Part shown: positions 38,310 to 47,889 of the stretch, piece by piece
How the letters are laid out: each line of letters starts with the position of its first letter
Numbering within the stretch: the stretch's first letter is position 1
Origin: a virus
Virus record (IMG/VR): IMGVR_UViG_3300017769_000001
Location: 1-64,000 of that record
DNA length: 64,000 nt
Reading direction: 5' to 3' (one strand)
Position numbers and translations under genes: made by a program
The notes under the pieces: model-generated
The model's database searches: none
What the model saw: the letters and a program-made list of their open reading frames with translations, nothing else
What the model was told of the DNA's origin: nothing

Positions 38310-39037
38310 GGTAATTCTTCTCCGTCAATTACCTCTTTCGTCTCCAGATTGATAATGTCATCGGAGTTCAGAGTCGGTTTGTTTTCTTCATAGACACGCA
38401 GGCGGATATCTTCAAGTGGATCCGTGTCTTTGAGAGGGTATGAAATTCTTACAGGAACACTGAACTGCAACGTCATTTCAGCAGCACGATGAGATTGTCC
38501 GAGTGGTCTGGTTATCTCATTAGAGATTCCCTCCATACGAATTGATGTGATATAATCAGGATCAAACGCATTGGTTGATTTTTGAATAACAACCTCTGGA
38601 TGGAAAGTCAGCAGGATCTTTTCCAAGATTTCCATCAATTGGCTGACAGACGATGCATAAATGCTAAGGTCGACCCCCAGTCGAAGTGGAACCCCGGACA
38701 ATCGGTTGACGTTCGTCATCTGACCGTCGGACGCTTGGCGATATCCAACCTCCATCTGATGGTACGGATTCATTCGAGATTCGTCATCCAGTTCGATACT
38801 TGAGAGGTTCACAGCCATCAGAGGCACTTTCACGTTTTTGTATTCAGTGTCTTTGTTCAATATTGCCGCAACAACGCGAGAGGGCGACCCGAACATAACC
38901 GGGACTTTTTCTTCGTATTGCTGTCCGTTCCTCACAACACCATCTTTCACGGTGAATGTAGAGAACGCTCTTATCACTTGAGACAGATATCTTTCTATCT
39001 GATTCTCATAAAATGTTTGGTCTTTTGTGCTACTCAT
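38306..39037 (-). CDS. tail sheath stabilizer/terminator (T4 gp15-like)
   Basis: FY..QI.RY...F..F.V, VP..FG, VP..L...LSIY....Q..EILEKIL..F.P. Confidence 0.8.
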   Translation of the reverse strand: MSSTKDQTFYENQIERYLSQVIRAFSTFTVKDGVVRNGQQYEEKVPVMFGSPSRVVAAILNKDTEYKNVKVPLMAVNLSSIELDDESRMNPYHQMEVGYRQASDGQMTNVNRLSGVPLRLGVDLSIYASSVSQLMEILEKILLTFHPEVVIQKSTNAFDPDYITSIRMEGISNEITRPLGQSHRAAEMTLQFSVPVRISYPLKDTDPLEDIRLRVYEENKPTLNSDDIINLETKEVIDGEELP

Positions 39038-39064
39038 GGAGAATACATCTCTAGGCTTTTCCCC

Positions 39065-39080
39065 TATTTAAGCCTAAATA
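39065..39080. promoter_or_regulatory. back-to-back late promoters
   Basis: TATTTAA (TTAAATA on minus) and CTAAATA between divergent structural operons. Confidence 0.65.
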
Positions 39081-39107
39081 CTCACTATGATATAAAGAAG
39101 GTATGTA

Positions 39108-39815
39108 ATGAGTGTTCGCCGGTTTTCCGTAACAAGTGTTCTCGACGTCAGTTCCCTAGAAGGGTATTACGGACGGCTTGATGTGTACGCATCGTTCACC
39201 GATGATGGTGAGTTCGATATGTACGGAGCCGTCGATGGCAATCTACGTCCTTATGGGGTGTTTGCTTACATGATCAACGACGTGGTTGGTCGTAGGTCTC
39301 GTGAAAGTACACTGTACGCCCGTGTGTTCAGATACCGAGAGAGATCAAAGCAACCACTGAATGTCCAGCAATATACCATGGACGATTACGAACTGGACTA
39401 CCAGAAGATGTTGAGAATGTTTCCGGATCATGAAGAAGTCCTCGATGAAATTTATACTCTGGTTCCGGGACAGCTTTCAATTAAAAATGCTTTCGCACAC
39501 ATCTGGCAGCTGACATTCCGGTTTGCAGCCAAGCTGTCCAAAGGACTGAAATCGATCAAAGAAACATGGGCTGAATTGTTCCAGAAATTGGAATATGATG
39601 CTGTTATCGACAAGCGTGGCACTGGCATTATCGACTCCGACAGAAAACCGTGCCTGATCGTTCTTGGTGATACTGCTGGGCAGCTGATAGAAGATCTGGA
39701 GATTGTGAGCACTCAGGTCTACAAGAAAGAACAGAACAGTCGAATTTACTTCAAGATTGCTCGCTTCAATCGACTGACGGCTGTTGCAAACGCACGAAAT
39801 AGGATCAAGAAATGA
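39108..39815 (+). CDS. hypothetical late protein
   Basis: first gene of the neck operon. Confidence 0.65.
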   Translation: MSVRRFSVTSVLDVSSLEGYYGRLDVYASFTDDGEFDMYGAVDGNLRPYGVFAYMINDVVGRRSRESTLYARVFRYRERSKQPLNVQQYTMDDYELDYQKMLRMFPDHEEVLDEIYTLVPGQLSIKNAFAHIWQLTFRFAAKLSKGLKSIKETWAELFQKLEYDAVIDKRGTGIIDSDRKPCLIVLGDTAGQLIEDLEIVSTQVYKKEQNSRIYFKIARFNRLTAVANARNRIKK

Positions 39816-40516
39816 AGACTGCAAAGATCGGAGTCTATGGTGGAAGAACCAGAAAACTCCAGAAGAAACTTTCATATGAAGCAACTTCCATGACGTGGAA
39901 GATCGCAAACGTTTACAAGTATCTTGGTAGTAGGGCAAGCGTCAACCCAAGCCTGAATGATATTCAGGTAACGACGTTCATGGAAGTTCCTGATCGTGCA
40001 TATGACAAATACCCGGTGCCAATCAACATTTATTTCGAGCCTGCTCCAGAACAAGTGACAGACTATTCTCAGTTTGGGATTATAGACCCCATCGGAACTG
40101 ATCAGATCATAAAGGTTCATGTAAATTCCTATGACGACCTTGGTCGTTCTCTCGTAGAGGGAGATGTCATAGAGGTTCCTTTCTTCAAAAATCCCAAGCA
40201 TGACGCCATGTGGGAAGTTGTTGATGTTGATGGCAGTCAGGAATTCGAAAAGTTTTACACTGTTGTTAAGCTTCGTGTTCTTGAAGACAGTCGCAAGACT
40301 CGTGAAATCGATATCACTGGTTCCATTGGGCCTGAACTCGATGACATTGTCGACCAACACAACCAGCACGCGAATGACTATGTTGGTCATGACGGTGTTG
40401 ATGACACTGGAATTGATAACGGAGAAACAAACCCAGACATCAACGAACCTTTCGATGGTGTTGAAGAAACCAGACGATCTTTCTTAGACGAATTTGATGG
40501 AGACCTATTACCGTGA
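39812..40516 (+). CDS. neck protein (T4 gp14-like)
   Basis: FME.PDR.Y, YSQFG, LGR.L.EGDVIE.P motifs; adjacent to gp13-like gene. Confidence 0.72.
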   Translation: MKTAKIGVYGGRTRKLQKKLSYEATSMTWKIANVYKYLGSRASVNPSLNDIQVTTFMEVPDRAYDKYPVPINIYFEPAPEQVTDYSQFGIIDPIGTDQIIKVHVNSYDDLGRSLVEGDVIEVPFFKNPKHDAMWEVVDVDGSQEFEKFYTVVKLRVLEDSRKTREIDITGSIGPELDDIVDQHNQHANDYVGHDGVDDTGIDNGETNPDINEPFDGVEETRRSFLDEFDGDLLP

Positions 40517-41247
40517 GCGTGAATCTGAGTAACGAATTTATTGATGATGTCGTAACCATGCTGAGTGGTACGCTTGTTGACGTGGAGTTGGACACTCCTG
40601 ACATCGAAACCGCGTACCGTATGGCGAAGAAAACATGGAAACAGAAGGGGAATGATAACCTGAATCACTCATTCTACCAACTCGATGTTGTGTCTGGGCA
40701 GAATGAATACCAGCTTCCAGCGGAGATTACTGATGTGGTCAGTGTGATCACGATGAGCAACGATGCATTCACCATGGAAGATCCGTTCGCCATGGCATCC
40801 TTTCAGGAAACGTTCACCTATGGAATGGGCGGGGGTGTGAGTGGGGATTTCTTCTACATCTACGATATGACTCGCCAGATCATCGATAACAACAAAATGT
40901 ACACCGCCGAAGAGCCCAACTTCAGATTCAACAGACGCTCGAATACGATCTACCTGTTCAATCCCCCGTCTGTTGACAGAAAATGGGTCTTAGAGGTATA
41001 CAGACAGTCTACAGACGAAGAATACCAGAATAACCTCTGGATCCTTAACTGGACTATTGCAGAATGTAAGCAGATCCTTGGTCGCGCTTACCGCAAGTTC
41101 GGGTCGCTTCCATCTCCAACCGGTGAATCCCAGATTGACGGCGATCAGCTGGTTCAGGAAGCACAGAGGGAGAAGGAGTTACTTCTTGAAGAAATCGACA
41201 ACTTTGTTGACGGTGATCCTGACGGCATGGGAGTGTACATCGGATGA
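40513..41247 (+). CDS. neck/head-tail adaptor (T4 gp13-like)
   Basis: L.G.LVDVEL, WI...T.A..K..LG....KF..LP.P.G...DG..L..EA, C-terminal IG. Confidence 0.82.
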   Translation: MSVNLSNEFIDDVVTMLSGTLVDVELDTPDIETAYRMAKKTWKQKGNDNLNHSFYQLDVVSGQNEYQLPAEITDVVSVITMSNDAFTMEDPFAMASFQETFTYGMGGGVSGDFFYIYDMTRQIIDNNKMYTAEEPNFRFNRRSNTIYLFNPPSVDRKWVLEVYRQSTDEEYQNNLWILNWTIAECKQILGRAYRKFGSLPSPTGESQIDGDQLVQEAQREKELLLEEIDNFVDGDPDGMGVYIG

Positions 41248-41681
41248 GAATTGAAGAAATATGGACTCCGGGGGAGCAAGAGTACGACGATCTTACACTG
41301 GAGATTAAGGAAGTCTACTCTGGGAGGCTTCTACTAAACTTTGACGATGAACAGGTCAAATATTTGTATCGTGGCGTGTCGAAAGAAGAATACGAAGACA
41401 TCGTCGAAAGCGGAGTCATCAAGCCTTCTAAATTTTATGGAAGGATCCATGCTTCTGCTATCCCTGTGATCGTCGACAGCGACGTATACGTGGTGCTGAA
41501 GATAAAGTACGTACCTTCGGACGGGTGGAAGCCAAAAGCTGCTTCTACAGGCGTATACGCGGTCACAGGAAAGGAAATCCCCAAGGATCGGATCATGGAT
41601 AAGATCCCGGTAGGAATTGCAAGAACTGAAGTCCTTCTCAGGAAAACAAGAATGAGTCAATTCATGGAGTTTCAAACGTGA
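41244..41681 (+). CDS. MRIEE-tagged protein, ART-like fold
   Basis: LYRGVS..EY..I..SG.I, IHAS; paralogue of the 42972 gene. Confidence 0.55.
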   Translation: MRIEEIWTPGEQEYDDLTLEIKEVYSGRLLLNFDDEQVKYLYRGVSKEEYEDIVESGVIKPSKFYGRIHASAIPVIVDSDVYVVLKIKYVPSDGWKPKAASTGVYAVTGKEIPKDRIMDKIPVGIARTEVLLRKTRMSQFMEFQT

Positions 41682-42493
41682 GAGTTGAAGAGATATTCGA
41701 AGGAATCAGCAATGTTTTATTTCATGGGACTTCTATAGAGGCCGCAGCGTCAATTCTCAAAAGGAATGAGTTCCGCCTGATTCCAGAACTCGCCACCGGG
41801 GAGTTTAAAATGAATGGCAGGCGCAACTCTGAATACGTTTACTTCATGTCTACAGCAAGGACAAAGCAGTCTGATTTTACATCAAAAACCGAAGTGATAT
41901 TTCGTCTCGACGGTCGTAAACTTTCCGCAAATTACACAGGGAGCCCAGTCAGCTTCTTCGGAGACAAATCCGCTATGGATGAAAGCGAAGATCGGATATA
42001 CTCGATGAACCCGACTATAAAAAGAGCATCCCAATACATCACTGCTGTTGAAATGTATAGTATGTTCGGGTCATTTGACGACACAGAGTCCTTCATCATT
42101 CAAACATCGATGAAGATGGGGATTCCTGTTCGGGTTTATGATTCAAAAGAAGATATGGCATCAAATCAACGTCCGTGGTCAGAAGAGAAGGTAATATCTT
42201 CTCTGGAGGGAGAACCGAGGATCCCAGACAGAGGGATGAACAAAGATGCAGAAGAAGTTGGGGATCTTGTTGTTCGATTATTCAAAGGAAGATTTTTTGA
42301 TGATTCAGAAAACAAGTTAAAGAAAGCGTTGCGATACAATGAATTCGACAACCTGATCAACGAATTGTTGCGTAAAGGGTCTGACAACACTCGACACGAA
42401 ATAATGCGGGAAATGAGATTGAATAAGATCCAAAGCATATCTGGGTTGAGAAAGTGGGTTCACGACGAAATGCGCAAGAGAGGTGAAATGTGA
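41678..42493 (+). CDS. MRVEE-tagged protein, ART-like fold
   Basis: LFHGTS....IL, FMSTAR, LDGRKL, ESEDR. Confidence 0.6.
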   Translation: MRVEEIFEGISNVLFHGTSIEAAASILKRNEFRLIPELATGEFKMNGRRNSEYVYFMSTARTKQSDFTSKTEVIFRLDGRKLSANYTGSPVSFFGDKSAMDESEDRIYSMNPTIKRASQYITAVEMYSMFGSFDDTESFIIQTSMKMGIPVRVYDSKEDMASNQRPWSEEKVISSLEGEPRIPDRGMNKDAEEVGDLVVRLFKGRFFDDSENKLKKALRYNEFDNLINELLRKGSDNTRHEIMREMRLNKIQSISGLRKWVHDEMRKRGEM

Positions 42494-42972
42494 GAGTTGA
42501 AGATATTTTCGAAAGCGTTAGAACGTCCGGAGTTTTCTATCACGGCACTAATAAGAAATTCACGACGTTTGACGTTAACGCGGTGCCTGTTAACAGGGCG
42601 ACTAACGTTTCTGGTGCTTACTTTACCCCTAGCATGGTCGAAGCTGGTGAGTACGGTGGACGGATTATCAAAGTAGAAATCAATCCAAGAAAACCTTTCT
42701 TCTCCATGCAGAAGAACCAAATCACCGAATCAATGGTTCGTAAAGCGAAAGAACTTCTTTTGAAGTTTACGACTTACAAGGAAGGTTGGTTGGACAGTGC
42801 CATACTTCCCGCTTTCGTTGAGAGAGGTAATTTCGGCGGACTTTCTGATATCAGTGGTGACATAAAGAGAGATATTCTTTTAGCAGGCGGGTACGATTCG
42901 TATGTAGATGGTCGTCATGTTGTTATTCTTGAGCCAAGTCAAAGATCGGTTAAAATTGTTGGGGAATTCTGA
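42490..42972 (+). CDS. MRVED-tagged protein, ART-like fold
   Basis: FYHGT..F..F, GAYFT....A..YG, GYDS. Confidence 0.65.
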   Translation: MRVEDIFESVRTSGVFYHGTNKKFTTFDVNAVPVNRATNVSGAYFTPSMVEAGEYGGRIIKVEINPRKPFFSMQKNQITESMVRKAKELLLKFTTYKEGWLDSAILPAFVERGNFGGLSDISGDIKRDILLAGGYDSYVDGRHVVILEPSQRSVKIVGEF

Positions 42973-43409
42973 TGAGAGTGGAAGAGCTTTATGAGGGCAT
43001 CGATGATGGCATGTATGATGATATTACTCTTGAGATTGAAGACCGTTCGGGGCGTTTAATGACGAATCTAGGGGAACCTGTAAAATACCTCTATCGAACC
43101 ATCTCCAATGAAGAGTATGCCGATATCAAAAAATCTGGCATGATAAAGGCCGGTGGTTTTTATGGAAGGATTCATGCTGCCGATATTCCTACGGGTGGAG
43201 ACGGCAATGCGGATCGCGTCATTAAAATCAAATACGATCCTTCTGATGGATGGACACCAAAACGAGCCAGCACTGGCGTTTATGCTACTACTTGGGAAAA
43301 CGTTTCTGCTGATAAAATCGTGGACACTATTCCTTTATCAATTGTTAAGACGAATTGGATGTTGCTAAAAACTTGCTTTAGTCAATACATGGAGTACCAG
43401 ACGCGATGA
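42972..43409 (+). CDS. MRVEE-tagged protein, ART-like fold
   Basis: LYRTIS..EY; shares FYGRIHA and GW.PK.ASTGVYA with the 41244 gene. Confidence 0.55.
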   Translation: MRVEELYEGIDDGMYDDITLEIEDRSGRLMTNLGEPVKYLYRTISNEEYADIKKSGMIKAGGFYGRIHAADIPTGGDGNADRVIKIKYDPSDGWTPKRASTGVYATTWENVSADKIVDTIPLSIVKTNWMLLKTCFSQYMEYQTR

Positions 43410-44257
43410 AAGTAGAAGAACTGTTCGAAGCAACCGTTATTGGAACGGGGCACAAGAGTCCACTGTCGGACTCGGACACCATTAGAGTCTATCATGGGAC
43501 TGATGACCCTAACTTTTTATTGACCGCCGTTACAAAGGGTCTCAGTGGCGGAATGCGAGCCAACCGCCGTTATTCGTATGAAGCAAACAACAATCCGAAA
43601 GGACTGTTTGTCACCCCTGATCTCAAGACCGCGAAAGACTTCGGTAGTTACATCATAGAATTCCACACCAGAGTTCGAGACTTGGAATCTCCTGTATGGC
43701 CGAATGGGACTTTCACGGGTCAGGGTCAAATGAGTGGAGTTTTTGGTGACGACGCCGACAGGGAACAAGAGAGAATCCGCCAAAGGATGAACTGGAGTGA
43801 ATCGGAATTTGAGTTCGTTAGAAACAGTAGCAGGCCGGAAGTTGCTGCTATGCTACTCGTCTCAGGTGAGCGACAAGCCCTGTTCACCGGAGATTTGAAT
43901 CGCAACTCAATCAGGGCAGTTTGGGTTTCTTCAGATCCTACAAGGATAAATCAACCATACGAACGATTACATCCAAGAGAGCTTCTGAAGCGAGTCAAGG
44001 ATGAAGGACTGATGGATAAGTTCGGAAGTCGTGTAGGGGGCGTTGACAAAGAGTCTGAGATTTTCAGGAACATAAATGGTAAACTCGTTCAGCCTCGCGA
44101 CGACGTGACATTCGAAGATCTTGTTATGGCAGTGAAACGTAAGCGTCCTTTCGTCGACGAAGAAACAATTCGAAGTGTTCTGAGGGACAATGAGGATTAC
44201 ATAAGAAGGTACGTGTGGAGTGACAGGCAGTTCAATCAAGTTATCAGGACAATGTGA
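43406..44257 (+). CDS. MKVEE-tagged protein, ART-like fold
   Basis: VYHGT, GLFVTPD...A..FG, E.QA. Confidence 0.6.
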   Translation: MKVEELFEATVIGTGHKSPLSDSDTIRVYHGTDDPNFLLTAVTKGLSGGMRANRRYSYEANNNPKGLFVTPDLKTAKDFGSYIIEFHTRVRDLESPVWPNGTFTGQGQMSGVFGDDADREQERIRQRMNWSESEFEFVRNSSRPEVAAMLLVSGERQALFTGDLNRNSIRAVWVSSDPTRINQPYERLHPRELLKRVKDEGLMDKFGSRVGGVDKESEIFRNINGKLVQPRDDVTFEDLVMAVKRKRPFVDEETIRSVLRDNEDYIRRYVWSDRQFNQVIRTM

Positions 44258-44709
44258 TGAGAGTTGAAGAAATATTTGAACAACAAAACCAATTGTTCGA
44301 ATCTAAAAAGGAAGTCGTGATATTCGGAGAGAATCATTTTAAATTCGATGAGGTTTCTCGCATCCGGCAGGCAATCGTTGATTTCAATCCGTCCGTCATC
44401 GCTCATGAATTGTATTGGGAAGAAGAAAGCTACTTCAAGCGACATCTCCCCGACGTAAAAGTTCTCCCATTGGAGAAGGAGGTCGGAAAGTTTGACAACA
44501 TGAAGGCTCAATTCAAATCAAGAGAACGTTCTATGATCAATCATCTAAAACGTTACTTCAGGAAATACAATCGGGTCGCTGTTGTGATCGGGGATACCCA
44601 TCTCCGGACAATTGAGACGGAAGAGCTTGGAAGAAAGAGCCCAATCATGGAATGGGCTAAAAGAGTCGGCGCTACGGTTGTAAGAAGCAAATACAGAGAA
44701 ATAAAGTAA
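44257..44709 (+). CDS. MRVEE-tagged protein, possible EreA/ChaN/TraB-like metallohydrolase fold
   Basis: VIFGENH, IAHE, RE..M, VAVVIGDTHL. Confidence 0.5.
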   Translation: MRVEEIFEQQNQLFESKKEVVIFGENHFKFDEVSRIRQAIVDFNPSVIAHELYWEEESYFKRHLPDVKVLPLEKEVGKFDNMKAQFKSRERSMINHLKRYFRKYNRVAVVIGDTHLRTIETEELGRKSPIMEWAKRVGATVVRSKYREIK

Positions 44710-44742
44710 TTATCATCCACAGATGATGTTAAAGAGGAAACA

Positions 44743-45387
44743 ATGAAAGTAACCGACATTTTTTCAGAAGACTCGACGATGACGACAATCGCCAATCTTC
44801 CAAACACCCCGTTCGTTCGTCCTAAGAAGAAAAAGAAAAAGAAGAAAGAGAACGACAAGCTGTACGAAGGTCTTTCTCCCGTTCTCTTTCATGCGACAAG
44901 TTTGAAGTCATTCGTTCAGATAATGAACACCAACGAGATCCGGTTGTCAAAAGACCCCCTGAACAAAGGAAACTTCTACATGTCGTTCTCTAGGAATAGA
45001 ACTAATGACTTCCTAAGATACCTCAATGACATGAGAGATCATGAGCTGGATGAAGAATCGTTCAACCCAAGGGAAGATGCGTTTGTTGTAATGCAGATGG
45101 ACGGGCGGGCACTGTCTTCAAACTTCTCTGGTGGGGCGTTTGATACGTTCGCGTACGATGGGGATGATTATGGAAGACCAGACGCATCTGATTTCATGGA
45201 AGACCGCTTGGTGAGTAACTCCCCGTCGATCAAAAACGCTTCTCGCTACATCAAGGCGGTATCGCTGGTTAATGGGTCTGAAGTTCCAGATTCGACTCTC
45301 GTCAAGTTGGTGGGTCTTTTCGGTGCAAATTTTGCTATGTACGATACACTACAAGACTACATGAAAAACAGGGTGAGGGAGCGTTAA
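44743..45387 (+). CDS. MKVTD-tagged protein, ART-like fold
   Basis: LFHATS, MSFSR, MDGR.L, MEDR; paralogue of the 41678 gene; poly-Lys linker. Confidence 0.6.
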   Translation: MKVTDIFSEDSTMTTIANLPNTPFVRPKKKKKKKKENDKLYEGLSPVLFHATSLKSFVQIMNTNEIRLSKDPLNKGNFYMSFSRNRTNDFLRYLNDMRDHELDEESFNPREDAFVVMQMDGRALSSNFSGGAFDTFAYDGDDYGRPDASDFMEDRLVSNSPSIKNASRYIKAVSLVNGSEVPDSTLVKLVGLFGANFAMYDTLQDYMKNRVRER

Positions 45388-45405
45388 AGCTCCCCCAGCC
45401 GAACA

Positions 45406-45873
45406 TCATTCATCGTCTTTGAATTCGATGATCGGACACACCTTCTCTTTTTTTGCTTTTAAGTATGAAGTAATCAGGCCGGGTTCTTTGTTTTTCTTTT
45501 TGGGCTTGATTTTGTCCCACCCGATAACCTTAGAAAATGTGGTTCCACGTTTTTGGAGAATCCAATCGATAATCCCGACAGCCGCTACCACGTTAAAGAC
45601 AACCCCGAGGGTTAACAGAATCTCAGCACCTTCGTCCTCCGTTACGATCAACGGAAGGCTGGTGAAATATGCGATTATCTGATACAGCGGAGACAACATC
45701 ACGACAGCGATAGCGGCGATGAGTACACCAATAGCAAGCCACATCAGACACCCAGCAACAACCATCCAAAACAGCGAGCACAGCGACACACGCCCATTAG
45801 AACGGATTTCCGCCTTTGCGGACGTGCTGAGGATGTGTTGATATATAAAAGAGGATCTTTTCAATTCTACCAT
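45406..45873 (-). CDS. membrane protein
   Basis: AGGAG RBS, two hydrophobic segments, C-terminal K.KVCP.IEF. Confidence 0.7.
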   Translation of the reverse strand: MVELKRSSFIYQHILSTSAKAEIRSNGRVSLCSLFWMVVAGCLMWLAIGVLIAAIAVVMLSPLYQIIAYFTSLPLIVTEDEGAEILLTLGVVFNVVAAVGIIDWILQKRGTTFSKVIGWDKIKPKKKNKEPGLITSYLKAKKEKVCPIIEFKDDE

Positions 45874-45902
45874 AGTATTTCTCCTTTGAGGTTTGTACCC
45901 GC

Positions 45903-45931
45903 ATCTTAACTCTCTATTGAAGTAGTGTCAA
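45903..45931 (-). promoter_or_regulatory. sigma70-type promoter
   Basis: TTGACA-17-TAAGAT. Confidence 0.65.
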
Positions 45932-45970
45932 CTGAAAAGATAAATAACATCAAACTAATAAGGTAACCTC

Positions 45971-47155
45971 ATGCTGAGTTCTGATTACATCCGATCAATC
46001 GTTCGAGAATCTATCAAAGAATCTTATCAAACCATTCTTTTTGAAAACTTTGGTCTTCTGGAAGACACTCTGATGTCGGCTATGGATGTCGGGTTTGCTG
46101 GAGAAATGGTTCGTGACTTCGAAGAAGTGGTCGACGCCGCAACGAAAGCCGTTGGATTCAATTCGATGGCGATGGATGCAGAAGAATACGTACAGGAAGT
46201 CGTCGAAATTTACAGAACGCTGGTTAAACGTGGAGTAAAGTTCGTTGACTCGGGCGGCAGGGAAGTAAGACAGGGGAATGACTCCAGTTTCTGGATCGGA
46301 CAGTTGAACCGAAATATGGATATGCGGTCTGTTGATAGAGTCGTATCCATATTCTGTGCAATGCTTGTGTCTACCATGAGAATGATCAAAGAGCGAAAGG
46401 ATTTCAAAGACAACAAAGAATCGTACAAGATCATCCATAAGGGATCAAACTTCACTGTGTTCAAACCAGAACACAAAGCCGCAGCGTGTAGACTTGGAGC
46501 AAACACCAAATGGTGTATCTCGGCCAGAGGATCCGACAACTACTTCGACGATTACAATGCACGTGGGGAAGTGTACATCATCCATACCAGAAATGATAAA
46601 TACGCGATCATTATGGCTGATGGGCGTGTGAAAGAGATTCAACATTCTGGGAATACGTACGACGAGCAAAACTACGGGCAGTATGAAGAATTCGTCAGTA
46701 TGATGCGCGGTGATGGAGTTGACCTAGAACTTCTCGATTCTCTGATAGGGAGCAATCTTTCCAAGATCAGGAAAAAGAAGGAATTCCGTATCGAGAGTAT
46801 GGAGTTGATCGGTGATCTTGAAAAGAACATGGCGGTTACTGATACACTCGGATTTGACGATATCGAAAACTTTTATTTGAGCCTTTCTATGGATGGTGAG
46901 ACGCATGAGGTCGACGGTATTATTGTTGCGAAGAAAGCATCAGAAACTTTCATGACAACAATACACAACCCCCACATCGCACCAATAAACGGAATCGCAC
47001 TGGAGTTACTGCCTAAGTTCAATGATGGCAGGTTCCCGGATGATAATGTGATGAACAAATTTTCCGCAGAATTGAGAAAAGTTGTCGAAAAGCGCGTTGG
47101 TGACTTTGAAACAGTAAGACTTCAGCAATTCGTGAAAATTGCTGAAGAGGATTGA
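45971..47155 (+). CDS. putative internal virion protein with PcfJ-like domain
   Basis: AAC.LG..TKWCIS motif; VRES/IKES/LFE sites; ATAAATA upstream. Confidence 0.55.
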   Translation: MLSSDYIRSIVRESIKESYQTILFENFGLLEDTLMSAMDVGFAGEMVRDFEEVVDAATKAVGFNSMAMDAEEYVQEVVEIYRTLVKRGVKFVDSGGREVRQGNDSSFWIGQLNRNMDMRSVDRVVSIFCAMLVSTMRMIKERKDFKDNKESYKIIHKGSNFTVFKPEHKAAACRLGANTKWCISARGSDNYFDDYNARGEVYIIHTRNDKYAIIMADGRVKEIQHSGNTYDEQNYGQYEEFVSMMRGDGVDLELLDSLIGSNLSKIRKKKEFRIESMELIGDLEKNMAVTDTLGFDDIENFYLSLSMDGETHEVDGIIVAKKASETFMTTIHNPHIAPINGIALELLPKFNDGRFPDDNVMNKFSAELRKVVEKRVGDFETVRLQQFVKIAEED

Positions 47156-47518
47156 TCAAAGAGTATTCAGTCTGTGTCGTTCTTTAATCAGGGTGGCGAC
47201 TTCTCGAAATCTTTCTACGGCAGGAGTCGTCCCGAGATAAATCGATTCCATCAGAATTGATGTAGCAGAAAAAACATCGTCGAAGCTGGTGTCCTTGGCA
47301 ATGATATCATTCATGAATAACAGGTTATCCATCAGATCGACCGTTGCAGTTGTGGATACTGCAACTTCAGAACTTCCGATCTCACCGATTTGTTTGTTGA
47401 GGATATACTCCATACACACTATAGCGTGATGGTATGAAGAAACCGAGTTTACGGACTGAGATCTGTTAGCGTCTTCTACCGCTTCGATCACTTCATCGAA
47501 TGTTCTCACAGTACTCAC
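47156..47518 (-). CDS. hypothetical protein (Leu-tag family)
   Basis: ends RHRLNTL. Confidence 0.62.
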   Translation of the reverse strand: MSTVRTFDEVIEAVEDANRSQSVNSVSSYHHAIVCMEYILNKQIGEIGSSEVAVSTTATVDLMDNLLFMNDIIAKDTSFDDVFSATSILMESIYLGTTPAVERFREVATLIKERHRLNTL

Positions 47519-47889
47519 AGTTCTTTCTCCATTCTTAGGACTGACAATACGGTTTCAAGGCGATCAAGAGATCCTTTATTGAATGCCGAATAGTGTTTCA
47601 GAACCCATTTGAGGGAATCAATAAACTGATTCTCATCGTAATGATATAGACCTTCTGCGAGGTTTTCAACCATATCAAGAAGAACTATGTGTCCCGTGTC
47701 TGGAAAATTGACAGAGGCTGTTACATCCACTCCGGTGATGTAATAGCACAGCTCCACGGTTCTTCTGCTGTAGTTCACCGATTCGACGGTACGGTTCACT
47801 ACCGGATGCATTTTGACGTCATCCGTCAGAGCCGTTCTTAGAAACCCGTCGATTATCGGATCTGTGTCAACGGACATAGAGCTTACCAT
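47515..47889 (-). CDS. hypothetical protein (Leu-tag family)
   Basis: ends LRMEKEL. Confidence 0.62.
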   Translation of the reverse strand: MVSSMSVDTDPIIDGFLRTALTDDVKMHPVVNRTVESVNYSRRTVELCYYITGVDVTASVNFPDTGHIVLLDMVENLAEGLYHYDENQFIDSLKWVLKHYSAFNKGSLDRLETVLSVLRMEKEL

